64,000 bases of DNA, from positions 1-64,000 of the forward strand of contig CAWFQL010000017.1 in the NCBI GenBank assembly GCA_963817915.1, written 5' to 3'. The position numbers and the translations under genes are program-made. Positions 39,522 through 50,975 of the stretch are shown piece by piece (position 1 is the stretch's first letter; each line of letters begins with the position of its first letter). Under the pieces are notes generated by a model. That model was given only the letters and a program-made list of their open reading frames with translations, made no database searches and was not told where the DNA came from. Origin of the DNA: an uncultured candidate division Zixibacteria bacterium. Its GTDB lineage: Bacteria; Zixibacteria; MSB-5A5; UBA10806.

Positions 39522-40304
39522 ATGCAGTACAAAAATATCATATTCGAAAAAAATGAAAAAGTGGCAACAGTAACCATCAACCGTCCTCCGGTTCTGAATG
39601 CACTCAATACCGAGGTCATCCTGGAGCTTCTCGATTGCTTCAACCAGATTGCCGTCGATAGCTCAATCCTTTGCGTAATTATTACAGGCGGCGGCGAAAA
39701 ATCATTTGTTGCCGGAGCCGATATAGCGGAATTAAACAAGCTCGATATTGAAACCGGTCAGATTCTTTGCGATCGAGGCCACGCGCTCTGTGCCAAGATC
39801 GAAAATCTGCCTCAGCCGGTGATAGCGGCCATCAATGGGTTCGCTCTTGGAGGCGGCTGCGAGCTGGCGATTTCCTGCGATATCCGCCTGGCGTCCGATA
39901 AGGCTAAGATCGGCCAGCCGGAAATCAATCTCAGCATTTTGCCCGGGTTCGGCGGCACTCAAAGATTGCCGCGCCTCGTTGGCAAGGGTAAGGCCACCGA
40001 GATGATTCTTACCGGCGATCATATTTCCGCCGAGGAAGCCAAACGGATCGGACTTGTCGACCAAGTATATCCTCATGATGAATTACTGCCAAAAGCTAAG
40101 GAATTGGCGCAAAAAATAGCCTCTAAAGCGCCGCTCGCGGTTATCGCCGCAAAAAAATCCATCAATTATGGCCTCAATGTCGACTTGAAATCGGGCTGCG
40201 AGCATGAAGCGTTGCTCTTCGCCGCCAACTGCGCCACCGAAGATAAAAACGAAGGCACCGGCGCCTTCCTCGAAAAACGTAAACCCGTGTTCAAGGGGAA
40301 ATAG
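39522..40304 (+). CDS. crt: Enoyl-CoA hydratase (crotonase)
   Basis: NRPPVLNAL, FVAGADI, ALGGGCELA, GQPEI, PGFGGTQRL; GGAG precedes ATG at 39522. Confidence 0.85.
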   Translation: MQYKNIIFEKNEKVATVTINRPPVLNALNTEVILELLDCFNQIAVDSSILCVIITGGGEKSFVAGADIAELNKLDIETGQILCDRGHALCAKIENLPQPVIAAINGFALGGGCELAISCDIRLASDKAKIGQPEINLSILPGFGGTQRLPRLVGKGKATEMILTGDHISAEEAKRIGLVDQVYPHDELLPKAKELAQKIASKAPLAVIAAKKSINYGLNVDLKSGCEHEALLFAANCATEDKNEGTGAFLEKRKPVFKGK

Positions 40305-40350
40305 CCCTAGGCATTTTACAATATTGGGAAGTTTTCCCGAGGGGGATATC

Positions 40351-40587
40351 ATGGAAGAAATTCTCGGTCAAAACCGTTCGGTCGATCCACTGGCGCTCGG
40401 CGAGGCATACCTCGAATACTGCGTCAAGCAAGGATGGCTGGCCAAAGTGGGGGAGGGCGGAGCCGCTCAATACGAGCTGACTCCCGCGGGGCAAAAGAAA
40501 TTAGCCGATGTGCCATTCAATTTCGATCTTTCGAAACTGACCGGCAAAGGCGAGACTACAAAGAAAAAAAGACAACATCGAAAATAG
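40351..40587 (+). CDS. Small hypothetical protein
   Basis: GAGGGGG before ATG at 40351; compact ORF with wing-like GWL....YELTP.G. Confidence 0.6.
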   Translation: MEEILGQNRSVDPLALGEAYLEYCVKQGWLAKVGEGGAAQYELTPAGQKKLADVPFNFDLSKLTGKGETTKKKRQHRK

Positions 40588-40690
40588 CAGGACAAACGGC
40601 AATTTACTGATTTACGATTCTGGTCATAGCCATGCCCAAAATCTTTGTATCTCTTGCATTTTTAGAATAATTACTATTTAATAATCCATC

Positions 40691-41689
40691 ATGAAAGTTG
40701 CAGTTACAGGCGCCGGTGGATTTTTGGGGCAAGTCCTCGTCTCGCGCCTTAAACGATCGAACCACGAACCTCTGGCAATTGTCAGAAAAAACACCGATAT
40801 AAGCATTTTCAAAGAACGAGGCATCGCCTGGGTGCAGTGCGATCTCTCCGATCCCAATCCGAAGGAAGACGATCTCAAGGGATGCGACGCTCTTGTTCAC
40901 TGCGCCGCCTATACCCGCCAGCATGGCCGATGGGAAGATTTCAAACGAATCAATATAGACCTTACTCATAATATCATGGATTTCTCGCTCAGAGCCGGTC
41001 TCAAAAAAGTTATTCATATTTCGACTACCTCGGTTTGCGGCAATGAAAGAAATCATTACGGCACTGACGAAGAAGTCGAGTATGGCGAACGAATAGTCGA
41101 TCATTATACTCGTTCGAAAATCGAGGCCGAAAAGGTGGTTGCCAATTTTATCGATCGCTATGATCTGCCCGCGATAATTCTCAGGCCGGGATATATCTGG
41201 GGCCCCGGAGATCAGACGTTAATACCGTTTATCGTTAACGGCCTTAAATCAAACCGGCTGCGGCTTGTCGATGATGGCGATAACATACTCTCCCTTACTT
41301 TCATCTACAACGTTATCGAGGCCATAATGAAATCACTCGCGCTGGTGGATGTACCCGGAAGAATCTATACAATTACCGATGGCTCCAAAATTAAATCTAA
41401 AAGATTCATAGGCGATATTATTAATTTGCTTGGAATAGATTACAAGCTGACCAATATCCGCTATCCGCTTCTATATACCAGCGCCTATTTCAAGGAGCTA
41501 TTCCAGAGTATCATGCCGGGACAAAGACCGGTTCTCACAAGATTCGCCGCCCGATTCCTGAAATACAACGCCATATTCGATATTTCCAAGGCGATCTACG
41601 AACTGGGATATCAGCCAAAAGTCAATTATCAGCAGGGCATGGCTATGATTACTCCGTATATACGTTCATTATACTATGGATTCAGATAA
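40691..41689 (+). CDS. NAD-dependent epimerase/dehydratase (extended SDR)
   Basis: VTGAGGFLG, VHCAA, YTRSK, RPGYIWGPGD. Confidence 0.9.
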   Translation: MKVAVTGAGGFLGQVLVSRLKRSNHEPLAIVRKNTDISIFKERGIAWVQCDLSDPNPKEDDLKGCDALVHCAAYTRQHGRWEDFKRINIDLTHNIMDFSLRAGLKKVIHISTTSVCGNERNHYGTDEEVEYGERIVDHYTRSKIEAEKVVANFIDRYDLPAIILRPGYIWGPGDQTLIPFIVNGLKSNRLRLVDDGDNILSLTFIYNVIEAIMKSLALVDVPGRIYTITDGSKIKSKRFIGDIINLLGIDYKLTNIRYPLLYTSAYFKELFQSIMPGQRPVLTRFAARFLKYNAIFDISKAIYELGYQPKVNYQQGMAMITPYIRSLYYGFR

Positions 41690-41702
41690 TACCAATTCCT
41701 CG

Positions 41703-42050
41703 CTATTGCTTCGGCCCTAATTCCTCCAAAAATTCCACAGCACGTCTCAAATGCGGTATGATTATCGATCCGCCTATTGTTAATGCCACGCTGAATATCT
41801 CGTAAAATTCCTCTTTAGTGACATTGTTCTCATGGCATTTCAGGATATGGTATTTAACGCAATCGTCGCACCGCAAAACCATCGATGTCGCCAGGCCCAG
41901 CATCTCCTTTGTCTTTACCGGCAAGGCTCCTTTTTCATAAGTCAAAGTATCCACTGAATAAAACCGTTTGATAGCCCGGTTATCAGCGTCCAGTATTATC
42001 TTATTCATTCTCGAACGATAATCATTGAAATCATCAACCATTTTTCCCAT
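41703..42050 (-). CDS. Carboxymuconolactone decarboxylase / AhpD family protein
   Basis: GAL..KTKEMLGL..S.VLRCDDCVKYH. Confidence 0.9.
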   Translation of the reverse strand: MGKMVDDFNDYRSRMNKIILDADNRAIKRFYSVDTLTYEKGALPVKTKEMLGLATSMVLRCDDCVKYHILKCHENNVTKEEFYEIFSVALTIGGSIIIPHLRRAVEFLEELGPKQ

Positions 42051-42310
42051 AAATTTGCCTCCGTTCTTTTTCTTTTGTCAATAAAATCATTGGACTAATC
42101 TAATCATCAGATTTTCCAAATTACAAATATTAAAATTATTTGCTTAATCCAATATAATGCTTGCTCTAATCGACTGGTTTATTATAAATGAAATCAAAAT
42201 CGGCGCTATTGCTTGCTAATAGCACAAAGATCAAAATTTGCGCCAATTAAGGAACAAAATTATCAGATTGATAGCTTACTAAGAAAAATTTGAATGGTTT
42301 GCGGGGGCGC

Positions 42311-42959
42311 GTGACACAAATCTTTCCTGAATGGACAAATAACTTACCTAAAATCGTAATATTCGGCATTATCTTAATTGCATTCGCGATCGTAGGCTTC
42401 TTTTGGTATTTCGGATCTCCCAAATATACCGATGTCGGCTACCGTCCCTTACAGCCAGTCGCCTATAGTCATAAATTGCATCCCGGCGATTTGGGGATTG
42501 ACTGCCGCTATTGCCATTACGACGTAGAATATTCCGCGGTAGCCAATATCCCGCCTACCCAGGTCTGCATGAATTGCCATAAAATAATCGGCACCGACAA
42601 TACCAAGCTCCTGCCCGTCCGCGAAAGCTTTTCATCGGGCATACCTATCAAATGGGTCCGTGTCCACAAATTACCCGATTATGTCTATTTCAATCACAGT
42701 ATTCATTTATACGCAGGCGTCGGATGTTCGACTTGCCACGGCAATGTTGCTCAGATGGATGTTGTCCAGCAGATGGAGCCGTTAAGCATGTCCTGGTGTC
42801 TGGATTGTCATCGAAATCCGGATATGTTTCTGCGTCCCCATGATCAAATCACGAATATGGATTGGACACCGCCGGAAAATCAGCTCGAATTGGCAGCGAC
42901 ATTGAAAGAAAGATAAAAACATTACTCCACCCGTGGATTGCTCGGGATGTCATAGATGA
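42311..42959 (+). CDS. actA: Alternative complex III pentaheme cytochrome c, frameshift near 42915
   Basis: CRYCH, CMNCH, CSTCH, CLDCH and, in the shifted frame, CSGCHR ending TGA that overlaps the actB ATG. Confidence 0.9.
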
Positions 42960-45931
42960 AAAACGATTCCAAAAAATCAGGCAAAAAATACTGGCAAAGC
43001 CTCGAGGAATTGACCTCGAAGCAAGATTCTGCGGAATCTGTTCCAGAAGAATCCAGCTCGCCTTTGCTTGATTTCGATGACGGCCTTTCTCGTCGGAAAT
43101 TTCTGACCCTGATGAGCGCCTCCCTCGCGTTCGGAGGCCTGGCCGGATGCAGACGACCGGTCGAAAAAATAATACCGTATGTTATCGCTCCCGAAGAAAT
43201 CATCCCCGGCGTGGCACAGCATTATGCTACTTCAATGCCATTTGGGCTCAACGCCTATGGCCTGATTGTCGAAAGCCATGAAGGTCATCCCACCAAGATT
43301 GAGGGAAACAAAGATCATCCGACTACATTGGGTATGTCCAATCACCTCATTCAGGCGTCGATTTTGGGTCTATATGACCCTGACCGCTCGAAAGCTGTTA
43401 CTCAAAAAGGCGCCGAGTCCGATTGGGCTGATTTTGTCGCATTCTGGCAATCACCGCTCCCCAAGTTTGTCGAAACAGGCGGCGAAGGACTTGCGATATT
43501 GTCCGAATCATTTTCATCGCCTACATTGGCCAGGCTGAAAGCTGAATACATAAAGGCATTTCCTAAAGCCCATTGGGCGACATACGAACCGGTTAGCGAC
43601 GAAAATATTTACGAAGGCGTCAAAGCCGCTACCGGGAATTATTATCATCAAACATATGCCTTCGAAAAAGCCAAGACCATACTTTCGCTCGATTCCGATT
43701 TCATCTTCTCGGAAAGTAATAGCATAGTCAACGCCAGAGGCTTTACCGATGGCAGGCGGGTGAAATCCGAAAATGATTCAATGAATAGGTTATATGTTGT
43801 CGAGAGCATATTCTCTCTGACCGGTTCGATGGCAGATCACAGGCTGAGACTTCAAAGCGGGCAGATCGGCGCCTTCACTGCCGCGTTGGCATTGGAGCTT
43901 ATCTCACAGGGACTTGATATCCCTCTTTCGGACAATTTGATATCTTATCAAAATCACACCTTCGATAAGAAATGGATTAGCGCTGTCGCCAAAGAACTGA
44001 TTCAGAATAAGGGCCAATCGATTATAATTGCGGGTAGACGGCAGCCGGCCGAAGTCCACGCGCTTGTATATGCGATCAACGAGGCTCTTGGCAATATAGG
44101 CAAGACAGTTTTGCTATACGAACCACTGGATTCCTCGCTTCCCAATCGATCAGAATTAGCTGATCTCGTAAAAAATATTACAGACGGTAAAATATCGACT
44201 CTGATAATTCTCGGAGGCAATCCGAGTTATAATTCACCCTCAGATATAGATTTTTCGTCACTGCTTAAAAAGATCGATCATACAATTCAAATAAGCCCTT
44301 ATGACGATGAAACATCAAGCTTAGTTGAATGGCATCTGCCCGAATCTCATTATCTCGAATCATGGGGCGATGTCCGCGCAATCGATGGTACAATGAGCGT
44401 AGTACAGCCGCTGATTCAGCCATTATTTGGCGGGCACAGCAAATTCGAGGCTCTAAATTTGATTGTTACCGGTAGGGATTTGAATGGCCACGAAATAGTC
44501 CGTCAGAACTGGATGAGCATCATAAAAGAAAAAGATTTTGAAACGGAATGGCGACAAATACTTCATGACGGCCTGCTAAAAAATAGCCAAACTCAATCGG
44601 TAATTCCGATTGAAGATAATCAATTGTTCACTTATTTGGCCAATCATAGACTATCGCCTTCAATTGAAAAAACTCAAAATCTCGAAATCGTATTTTGCGC
44701 CTCGCCTAATATCTTCGATGGCCGTTACTCCAACAACGGCTGGTTGCAGGAATTGCCCGATCCGATTACAAAATTAACTTGGGATAACCCGATTCTGCTC
44801 AGCCCCAAAACTGCCGAAAATCTTAGCCTGCAAAATCAGGACATGACGAATCTACAATATAAAAACCAGAGCCTCGAAATGCCTGTCTGGATTGTCCCCG
44901 GAATCGCCGATAATTCGGCTGTAGTCTATCTTGGCTACAGCAGAAAATCATCCGGCCGGGTAGGCAATGATGTCGGCTTCGATACCTATCGTTTACGTAA
45001 TTCATCCGCGCCCGATTTCGATAGCGGATTGACCATTAAAAAAACAGGATCAACCTATTTATTGGCATCCGCGCAAAATCATGATTCGATGGAAGGCCGT
45101 CCGATAATTCGCGAGGCCACATTGGATTATTATCGCGATAATCCTAATTTCGCGCCCGAAATGGTCGAGACCCCGCCATTGCAATCATTGTGGAAAGAAC
45201 ATGAATATAAAGAAGGGTATCAATGGGGCATGGCTATCGATCTTAATATCTGCATTGGTTGCAACGCCTGCACCACCGCCTGCCAGAGCGAAAATAATAT
45301 CCCGATTGTCGGCAAAGAGCAAATATCGCGCAATAGAAAAATGCACTGGATCAGAATCGACCGATATTTCTCCGGCGATCCCGAAAGTCCCGAAATGCTT
45401 CATCAACCCGTTCCGTGTCAGCATTGCGAAAATGCTCCCTGCGAAGAGGTCTGCCCGGTTGCGGCGACTACTCATGACAAAGAAGGTCTGAATGTCATGG
45501 TGTATAATCGCTGTGTCGGCACTCGTTATTGCTCGAACAATTGCCCGTATAAAGTTAGACGTTTTAATTTCTTCAATTTCACCAAGTCGATGCCCGAAAT
45601 CGAAAAGATGGCGCAGAATCCCGATGTCACAGTCCGTTCGCGCGGGATTATGGAAAAATGCACTTATTGTATTCAAAGAATAAGCCGGGCCAAGATTGAC
45701 GCCAAAAAGGAAGAACGAGTAATTGCTGATGGCGAAATAGTTACCGCCTGCCAACAGGCCTGCCCGACACAGGCGATAATATTCGGCAATATCAATGATC
45801 CCGCAAGTGGCGTTCTCGCGCTGAAAAAGCAAAATCGAAATTATGGAATGCTAGAGGAATTCAATACGCGGCCGCGAACATCATACCTTGCAAAATTGCG
45901 CAATCCCAATCCGGAGTTGGAGAAAAGCTAA
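42956..45931 (+). CDS. actB: Alternative complex III subunit B (TAT molybdopterin-oxidoreductase-like + Fe-S domain)
   Basis: YWQSLEEL, SRRKFL, LAGC, KIEGN..HP, LYDPDR, CIGCNAC...C, CQHCENAPC..VCP, MEKCTYC. Confidence 0.95.
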   Translation: MKNDSKKSGKKYWQSLEELTSKQDSAESVPEESSSPLLDFDDGLSRRKFLTLMSASLAFGGLAGCRRPVEKIIPYVIAPEEIIPGVAQHYATSMPFGLNAYGLIVESHEGHPTKIEGNKDHPTTLGMSNHLIQASILGLYDPDRSKAVTQKGAESDWADFVAFWQSPLPKFVETGGEGLAILSESFSSPTLARLKAEYIKAFPKAHWATYEPVSDENIYEGVKAATGNYYHQTYAFEKAKTILSLDSDFIFSESNSIVNARGFTDGRRVKSENDSMNRLYVVESIFSLTGSMADHRLRLQSGQIGAFTAALALELISQGLDIPLSDNLISYQNHTFDKKWISAVAKELIQNKGQSIIIAGRRQPAEVHALVYAINEALGNIGKTVLLYEPLDSSLPNRSELADLVKNITDGKISTLIILGGNPSYNSPSDIDFSSLLKKIDHTIQISPYDDETSSLVEWHLPESHYLESWGDVRAIDGTMSVVQPLIQPLFGGHSKFEALNLIVTGRDLNGHEIVRQNWMSIIKEKDFETEWRQILHDGLLKNSQTQSVIPIEDNQLFTYLANHRLSPSIEKTQNLEIVFCASPNIFDGRYSNNGWLQELPDPITKLTWDNPILLSPKTAENLSLQNQDMTNLQYKNQSLEMPVWIVPGIADNSAVVYLGYSRKSSGRVGNDVGFDTYRLRNSSAPDFDSGLTIKKTGSTYLLASAQNHDSMEGRPIIREATLDYYRDNPNFAPEMVETPPLQSLWKEHEYKEGYQWGMAIDLNICIGCNACTTACQSENNIPIVGKEQISRNRKMHWIRIDRYFSGDPESPEMLHQPVPCQHCENAPCEEVCPVAATTHDKEGLNVMVYNRCVGTRYCSNNCPYKVRRFNFFNFTKSMPEIEKMAQNPDVTVRSRGIMEKCTYCIQRISRAKIDAKKEERVIADGEIVTACQQACPTQAIIFGNINDPASGVLALKKQNRNYGMLEEFNTRPRTSYLAKLRNPNPELEKS

Positions 45932-45951
45932 TGAGGATTTGATTTAAAGTC

Positions 45952-47346
45952 ATGACAGATCCCAAAGAAAAATCTCTGGTCTTCGAACCGCCTCTTGTCG
46001 ATGGCAACCCGTCATTCGCCGCTATTACGGAGAAGATCAGTCGAATCACCGAAGGCAAGCCTCCATCAGGATGGTTGATCGCCTTTGGCTTTGCGGTATC
46101 GTTGGCGCTGATGTTTCTCGGCGTTATTGCGTATCTGATTTCCAAAGGCATAGGAATATGGGGTCTTCAAATCCCCGTGGCCTGGGGCTGGGATATCACT
46201 AATTTCGTATTTTGGGTCGGTATAGGACATGCCGGGACATTGATATCGGCAATTCTCTTTTTGCTCCGCCAGCGCTGGCGCACTTCGATAAATCGTTTTT
46301 CCGAGGCCATGACATTATTCGCGATTATCTGCGCTTTGATCTTTCCTACAGTGCATGTCGGGCGAATATGGGTCATATATTTCTTCGCGCCTGTGCCCAA
46401 TCAAATGGGAATGTGGCCTAATTTCCGAAGCCCCCTGCTCTGGGACTTTTTTGCGGTCGGCACCTATTTTACCTGCTCGTTGCTATTCTGGTATGTCGGT
46501 CTGATTCCTGATCTGGCAACATTTCGTGATAGAGCAAAAAGCAGAATCAAAAAAATCATCTTCGGTATTCTGGCTATCGGCTGGCGCAATGGTAATCGTC
46601 AATGGAAACATTACGAACTTGCCTATCTGATTCTGGCCGGCATTTCCACGCCGTTGGTTTTGTCGGTTCATAGTATTGTCAGCACCGATTTTGCGGTCAG
46701 CATCTTGCCCGGCTGGCATTCGACTATCTTCCCGCCATATTTTGTCGCCGGAGCGATTTTTTCCGGATTCGCGATGGTCGTGACTCTCTCTATCCTCGCC
46801 AGAAAAGTATTCGGTTTGGAAGATTTAATTACAATTCGTCATTTTGATAAAATGAATAAAATAATATTGGTCACCGGCTCCATGGTGGCCTACTCCTACG
46901 CCACAGAAATATTTATCGCCTGGTATAGCGGCAATCTATATGAACGATACATGACTATGAATCGTATGGTCGGCCCTTATGCCTGGGCATTCTGGACTAT
47001 GATAACCTGCAATGTAGTTGTCCCTCAATTTTTCTGGTTCAAAAAATTCCGCACCAGCATTCCGGCCATGCTGATTATCTGCATTTTAGTCAATGTTGGC
47101 ATGTGGTTCGAACGATTCGTGATCATTGTCACTTCTCTTTCACGCGATTTCATTCCCTCGAGCTGGGCCTATTTTACGCCCACCATTTTCGATATCGCCA
47201 TGCTCGTGGGATCATTTGGACTTTTCTTTTCGCTATTTTTGCTTTTCGTGCGATACCTGCCGTTGATAGCCATGTCCGAGGTCAAGGGCGTCCTGCCTCA
47301 AGCCAATCCTCATATCAGTCATCATGAAAAGGTTTCTAATGGCTAA
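45952..47346 (+). CDS. actC: Alternative complex III quinol-binding NrfD-family subunit
   Basis: [56 protein letters not shown]. Confidence 0.95.
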   Translation: MTDPKEKSLVFEPPLVDGNPSFAAITEKISRITEGKPPSGWLIAFGFAVSLALMFLGVIAYLISKGIGIWGLQIPVAWGWDITNFVFWVGIGHAGTLISAILFLLRQRWRTSINRFSEAMTLFAIICALIFPTVHVGRIWVIYFFAPVPNQMGMWPNFRSPLLWDFFAVGTYFTCSLLFWYVGLIPDLATFRDRAKSRIKKIIFGILAIGWRNGNRQWKHYELAYLILAGISTPLVLSVHSIVSTDFAVSILPGWHSTIFPPYFVAGAIFSGFAMVVTLSILARKVFGLEDLITIRHFDKMNKIILVTGSMVAYSYATEIFIAWYSGNLYERYMTMNRMVGPYAWAFWTMITCNVVVPQFFWFKKFRTSIPAMLIICILVNVGMWFERFVIIVTSLSRDFIPSSWAYFTPTIFDIAMLVGSFGLFFSLFLLFVRYLPLIAMSEVKGVLPQANPHISHHEKVSNG

Positions 47347-47880
47347 AAAAAGAATAAAAGAGATTATACTGCTGGCCGAATTCGATACCCCCGCGTCCTT
47401 AATGCAGGCGGCTGAGAAGACGCGTGATGCTGGATACAAAAAATTCGATTGCCATTCGCCGTTCCCGATTCATGGTATGGATGATGCCATGGGAGTCAAA
47501 CGATCGCCGCTTGGATACATTGTCGGTATATTCGCGTTCATTGGGCTTTCTGGCGGCATTCTCCTGCAATGGTGGACAAGCACAGTGGATTATCCTCTCG
47601 TGATCTCCGGCAAGCCGTTTTTCAGCTATCAGGCGTACCTGCCGGTAACATTCGCCTTCGCTGTGCTTTTTTCGGCGATTGCTTCGTTCTATGCATGATG
47701 GCATTAAATAAGCTTCCCCGTTATAATCATCCTCTCTTTAATTCGGAACGTTTCAAAAAAGCGACCGACGATCGGTTCTTCATAAGTATCGAGGCCGACT
47801 CTGCTAATTTTGACATCAATAAGGCCATGTCATTCATGGAATCAATCGGTGGAAAAAATATCGAGGTGCTGGAGGGATGA
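47339..47880 (+). CDS. actD: Alternative complex III subunit D (DUF3341), frameshift near 47690
   Basis: [24 protein letters not shown]; continues LPRYNHPLF...ATDDRFF. Confidence 0.9.
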
Positions 47881-48500
47881 TGGTTAAGGGTTATAGATTC
47901 ATTATTCTACCTGCGGTTTCTTCGATTGTTATTTTGATATCAAGCTGCTACCGTGGACGGCCCTCCGAAGACCCGCCGATTCATCCAAATCAGGATATGA
48001 TGTACCAGCCAAAATATATGCCGCAATCCCAAAGCAATTTCTTCGCGGATAGCGCCACTATGCGGCCATCGGTGCCGGGTACAGTTGCCAGGGAAGAGCT
48101 TCGAGCCGATGATGCCTATTATCGCGGAATGAATAAAGACAGCAGTTTTGTCAAAATTTCCCCGGTGCCCGTAACTTTATTGGTTCTGAAAAGGGGACAG
48201 GAACGATACAATATATACTGCTCTGTTTGTCATGGACGAGTCGGCGATGGCAAAGGGATAATGGTCGATCGCGGATATATACCTCCGCCAAGCTATCATA
48301 CCGATCGTTTAAGGAATATGCCCGATGGCCAGATATTCGATGATATCTCCAACGGTGTCCGCAATATGCCCGCCTATCGCAATCAGATTCCGGTTTCAGA
48401 TCGCTGGGCAATAGTCGCCTATCTGAGGGCCCTGCAGAGAAGCCAGAACGCGGGTGAAAATGATGTCCCCCTGGAGCAAAGGCAGCAGCTAAGGCAGTAA
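47877..48500 (+). CDS. actE: Alternative complex III monoheme cytochrome c lipoprotein
   Basis: Lipobox SSC, DM.YQPKY, GTVAR, YCSVCHG, MPAY, DRWAIVAY. Confidence 0.9.
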   Translation: MMVKGYRFIILPAVSSIVILISSCYRGRPSEDPPIHPNQDMMYQPKYMPQSQSNFFADSATMRPSVPGTVAREELRADDAYYRGMNKDSSFVKISPVPVTLLVLKRGQERYNIYCSVCHGRVGDGKGIMVDRGYIPPPSYHTDRLRNMPDGQIFDDISNGVRNMPAYRNQIPVSDRWAIVAYLRALQRSQNAGENDVPLEQRQQLRQ

Positions 48501-48502
48501 TA

Positions 48503-49693
48503 ATGGCGATGAATATAGATAATAAGACATATCGAATAACCGACAGTAGCAGTCTCGAAAAGAAATTTCTGATAGTTGGTATTATCGGTCTTGCTTTGAG
48601 CGCCATCGGGCTATTTACCGACAGCAAACAATTCTACTTTTCATATTTGGTTTCATTCATCTTCTGGCTGACAATCGGCCTCGGCGCTTTATTCCTCGTA
48701 ATGATGCATCACCTTACCAATTCCACTTGGAGCATTGTCTTGCGCCGCATCATGGAAAATGTCACGATGGTTTTACCTTACGGTGCATATATTTTTCTTC
48801 CCGATTATTTTGGGAGTTACGAGCATGTATCATTGGAGCCACGCTGATATAGTCGCGGGAGACAACGTGCTGAAGGCAAAGTCAGGTTACTTCAGTCAAT
48901 TGTTTTTTATTATGCGGACATTATTCTATCTTGAAACCTGGGCGTATTTATCGAAAGCACTTTTCAAGGTCTCAATCAAACAGGATAGCGGTCATGACGA
49001 TTCTCAAATCAAGAGAATGAGAAGAACCAGTGCCATCGGCATGGTGTTATTCGCTTTAACTCTCACCTTCGCTTCATTCGATTGGATCATGTCGCTCGAT
49101 GCTCATTGGTACTCGACCATATTCGGGGTCTATATCTTCTCCGGCGCGACATCTGTCAGTACTGGCATTTCTAATTCTTGCAGGTTATCTATCTCCAAAA
49201 TAATAATATTCTGAAGAATGAAATCACGGTCGAACATTATCACGATCTCGGAAAACTGACTTTCACATTCGTGATATTCTGGACCTATATCGCGTTCTCG
49301 CAGTATTTTCTTATCTGGTACGGCAATATTCCCGAAGAGACAGTCTGGTATCATCAGCGATGGGACAATTCATTCAAGTATCTCAGCCTGTTGCTTGTAT
49401 TCGGCAATTTCGTAATACCATTTGTGGTGATGATCGCTCGCGGCGGCAAACGGAATCTGACTACCTTGAAAATAATGGCCGTCTGGCTTCTTTTCATGCA
49501 TTGGGTCGATATCTTTTGGCTTATTATGCCGGCATTCAAGCAAAACGGCATCCTTATTTCCTGGATGGATTTCACTACCATGATGGGCACCGGCGGGCTG
49601 TTTTTGTGGTTTTTCTGGAGGAAGATGAAATCCAATCCGATTGTCCCTGTGAACGATCCCAGGCTGGACGATTCGATAAAAATAATCAGCTGA
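48503..49693 (+). CDS. actF: Alternative complex III subunit F, two frameshifts
   Basis: Three consecutive fragments with W..VLRR, FDWIMSLD.HWYSTIFG, HDLGKL, QYFLIWYGNIPEET. Confidence 0.85.
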
Positions 49694-49699
49694 GCCCAA

Positions 49700-50053
49700 A
49701 TGATGACTGAAGAGAAAGACAATAAAAAAGCGCTTTACGAAAAAGAAGAACTGAATGTCGCCAGAATTATTGGAATCGGTCTTCTTAGCGTCGTATTGCT
49801 GGCCGCATCCGTCTTTTCTCTCAATGAATTCTTCTTTGCCGAAAAAGAACAGCAGATCAGCGATGTTGTCCTGAAACCCGAATCCACTCCTTTCAGGGAA
49901 ATGCGCGCCCGTGAGGATGAAATCCTGAATTCCTACAAAATTATAGACTCGGATAAAAAAATCTATCAGATTCCCATCGAACAAGCCATGAAGCTGATGG
50001 CCGATGAGGCTTATCAGGCGAAATTGAAATCATCAGAAACCAAAAAACAGTAG
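49700..50053 (+). CDS. Single-TM protein, probable ActG-like subunit
   Basis: One TM helix, L.SY...D......IPIEQAM; position between actF and SCO. Confidence 0.6.
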   Translation: MMTEEKDNKKALYEKEELNVARIIGIGLLSVVLLAASVFSLNEFFFAEKEQQISDVVLKPESTPFREMRAREDEILNSYKIIDSDKKIYQIPIEQAMKLMADEAYQAKLKSSETKKQ

Positions 50054-50071
50054 GATAATTGATATACACTA

Positions 50072-50962
50072 TTGATTCAGACTCCCTTTAATATGAATAA
50101 TAATAGATTCCAATTCTTTTTTAAATTCCTCCATCCGAGATTTATCGGAATTCACTTCGCAATGCTGATTATTGTATTAAGTTCAACAGCTTTTTCGCAA
50201 GTCGTAAAGGACAGCGACCCTGAGCTGAAAGGTATCGATGTTATCGAACACCTCGGCAAGAAAATCCCGCTCGACCTATATTTCACTAATGATTCCGGCC
50301 AAAGAGTCCAATTGGGTCAGTACTTCAATCATGGTAAACCGGTCATCATGGTTTTGGCCTACTACACATGCCCCATGCTTTGCACTCTGGTTTTGAATAA
50401 CATCGCCCAAGATATTACTCACTTGCCATTCACTCCTGGCAAGGAATACCAAATACTTACACTGAGTATCGATCCCCGCGATACTCCCGATATCGCCTCT
50501 GCCAAGAAGAAAAACCTGCTGAATAGTATCAACAAACCTGAATATGCCGATGGCTGGACATTATTCACCAGCGAAGAAAGCCAGATCAAACCGCTGGCGG
50601 AATCTCTCGGCTTTCAATATTATTTTGACAGCAAAACTTCGCAATACGCCCACCCGACCGTGATTTTCATTCTAATGCCAGATGGCGAAATATCGCGTTA
50701 TCTCTACGGAGTCGATTTCAATCCGCGCGATCTGCGGGTCGCCCTTTTAGAAGCTGCTGATGGCAAAATAGGCACTACCATAGATAGGATTATTCTGTAT
50801 TGCTATCATTATGATCCGCTGGCCAAAGGGTATGTCCTTTTCGCAACAAATATCATGAAGCTCGGCGGTCTGATTACCCTTATAATCTTCGGGATCATCC
50901 TTGGGTTCTATTGGCGAGCCGAAAAAAGAAAAAAATTAATTAAAACAACGGATATGAAATAG
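50072..50962 (+). CDS. SCO family copper chaperone
   Basis: YYTCPMLC, YAHP, ISRYLYG, CYHYDP, C-terminal TM. Confidence 0.9.
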   Translation: MIQTPFNMNNNRFQFFFKFLHPRFIGIHFAMLIIVLSSTAFSQVVKDSDPELKGIDVIEHLGKKIPLDLYFTNDSGQRVQLGQYFNHGKPVIMVLAYYTCPMLCTLVLNNIAQDITHLPFTPGKEYQILTLSIDPRDTPDIASAKKKNLLNSINKPEYADGWTLFTSEESQIKPLAESLGFQYYFDSKTSQYAHPTVIFILMPDGEISRYLYGVDFNPRDLRVALLEAADGKIGTTIDRIILYCYHYDPLAKGYVLFATNIMKLGGLITLIIFGIILGFYWRAEKRKKLIKTTDMK

Positions 50963-50975
50963 AGAGAAATTTCTG

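Noticed and set aside
45185..45832. Long antisense ORFs (also 49370-49984, 40604-41104, 31635-32057)
   Set aside because: Shadows of well-supported genes on the opposite strand, without motifs.
47696..47698. Selenocysteine readthrough at the actD TGA
   Set aside because: Continuation is in a different frame; TAA follows two codons later.
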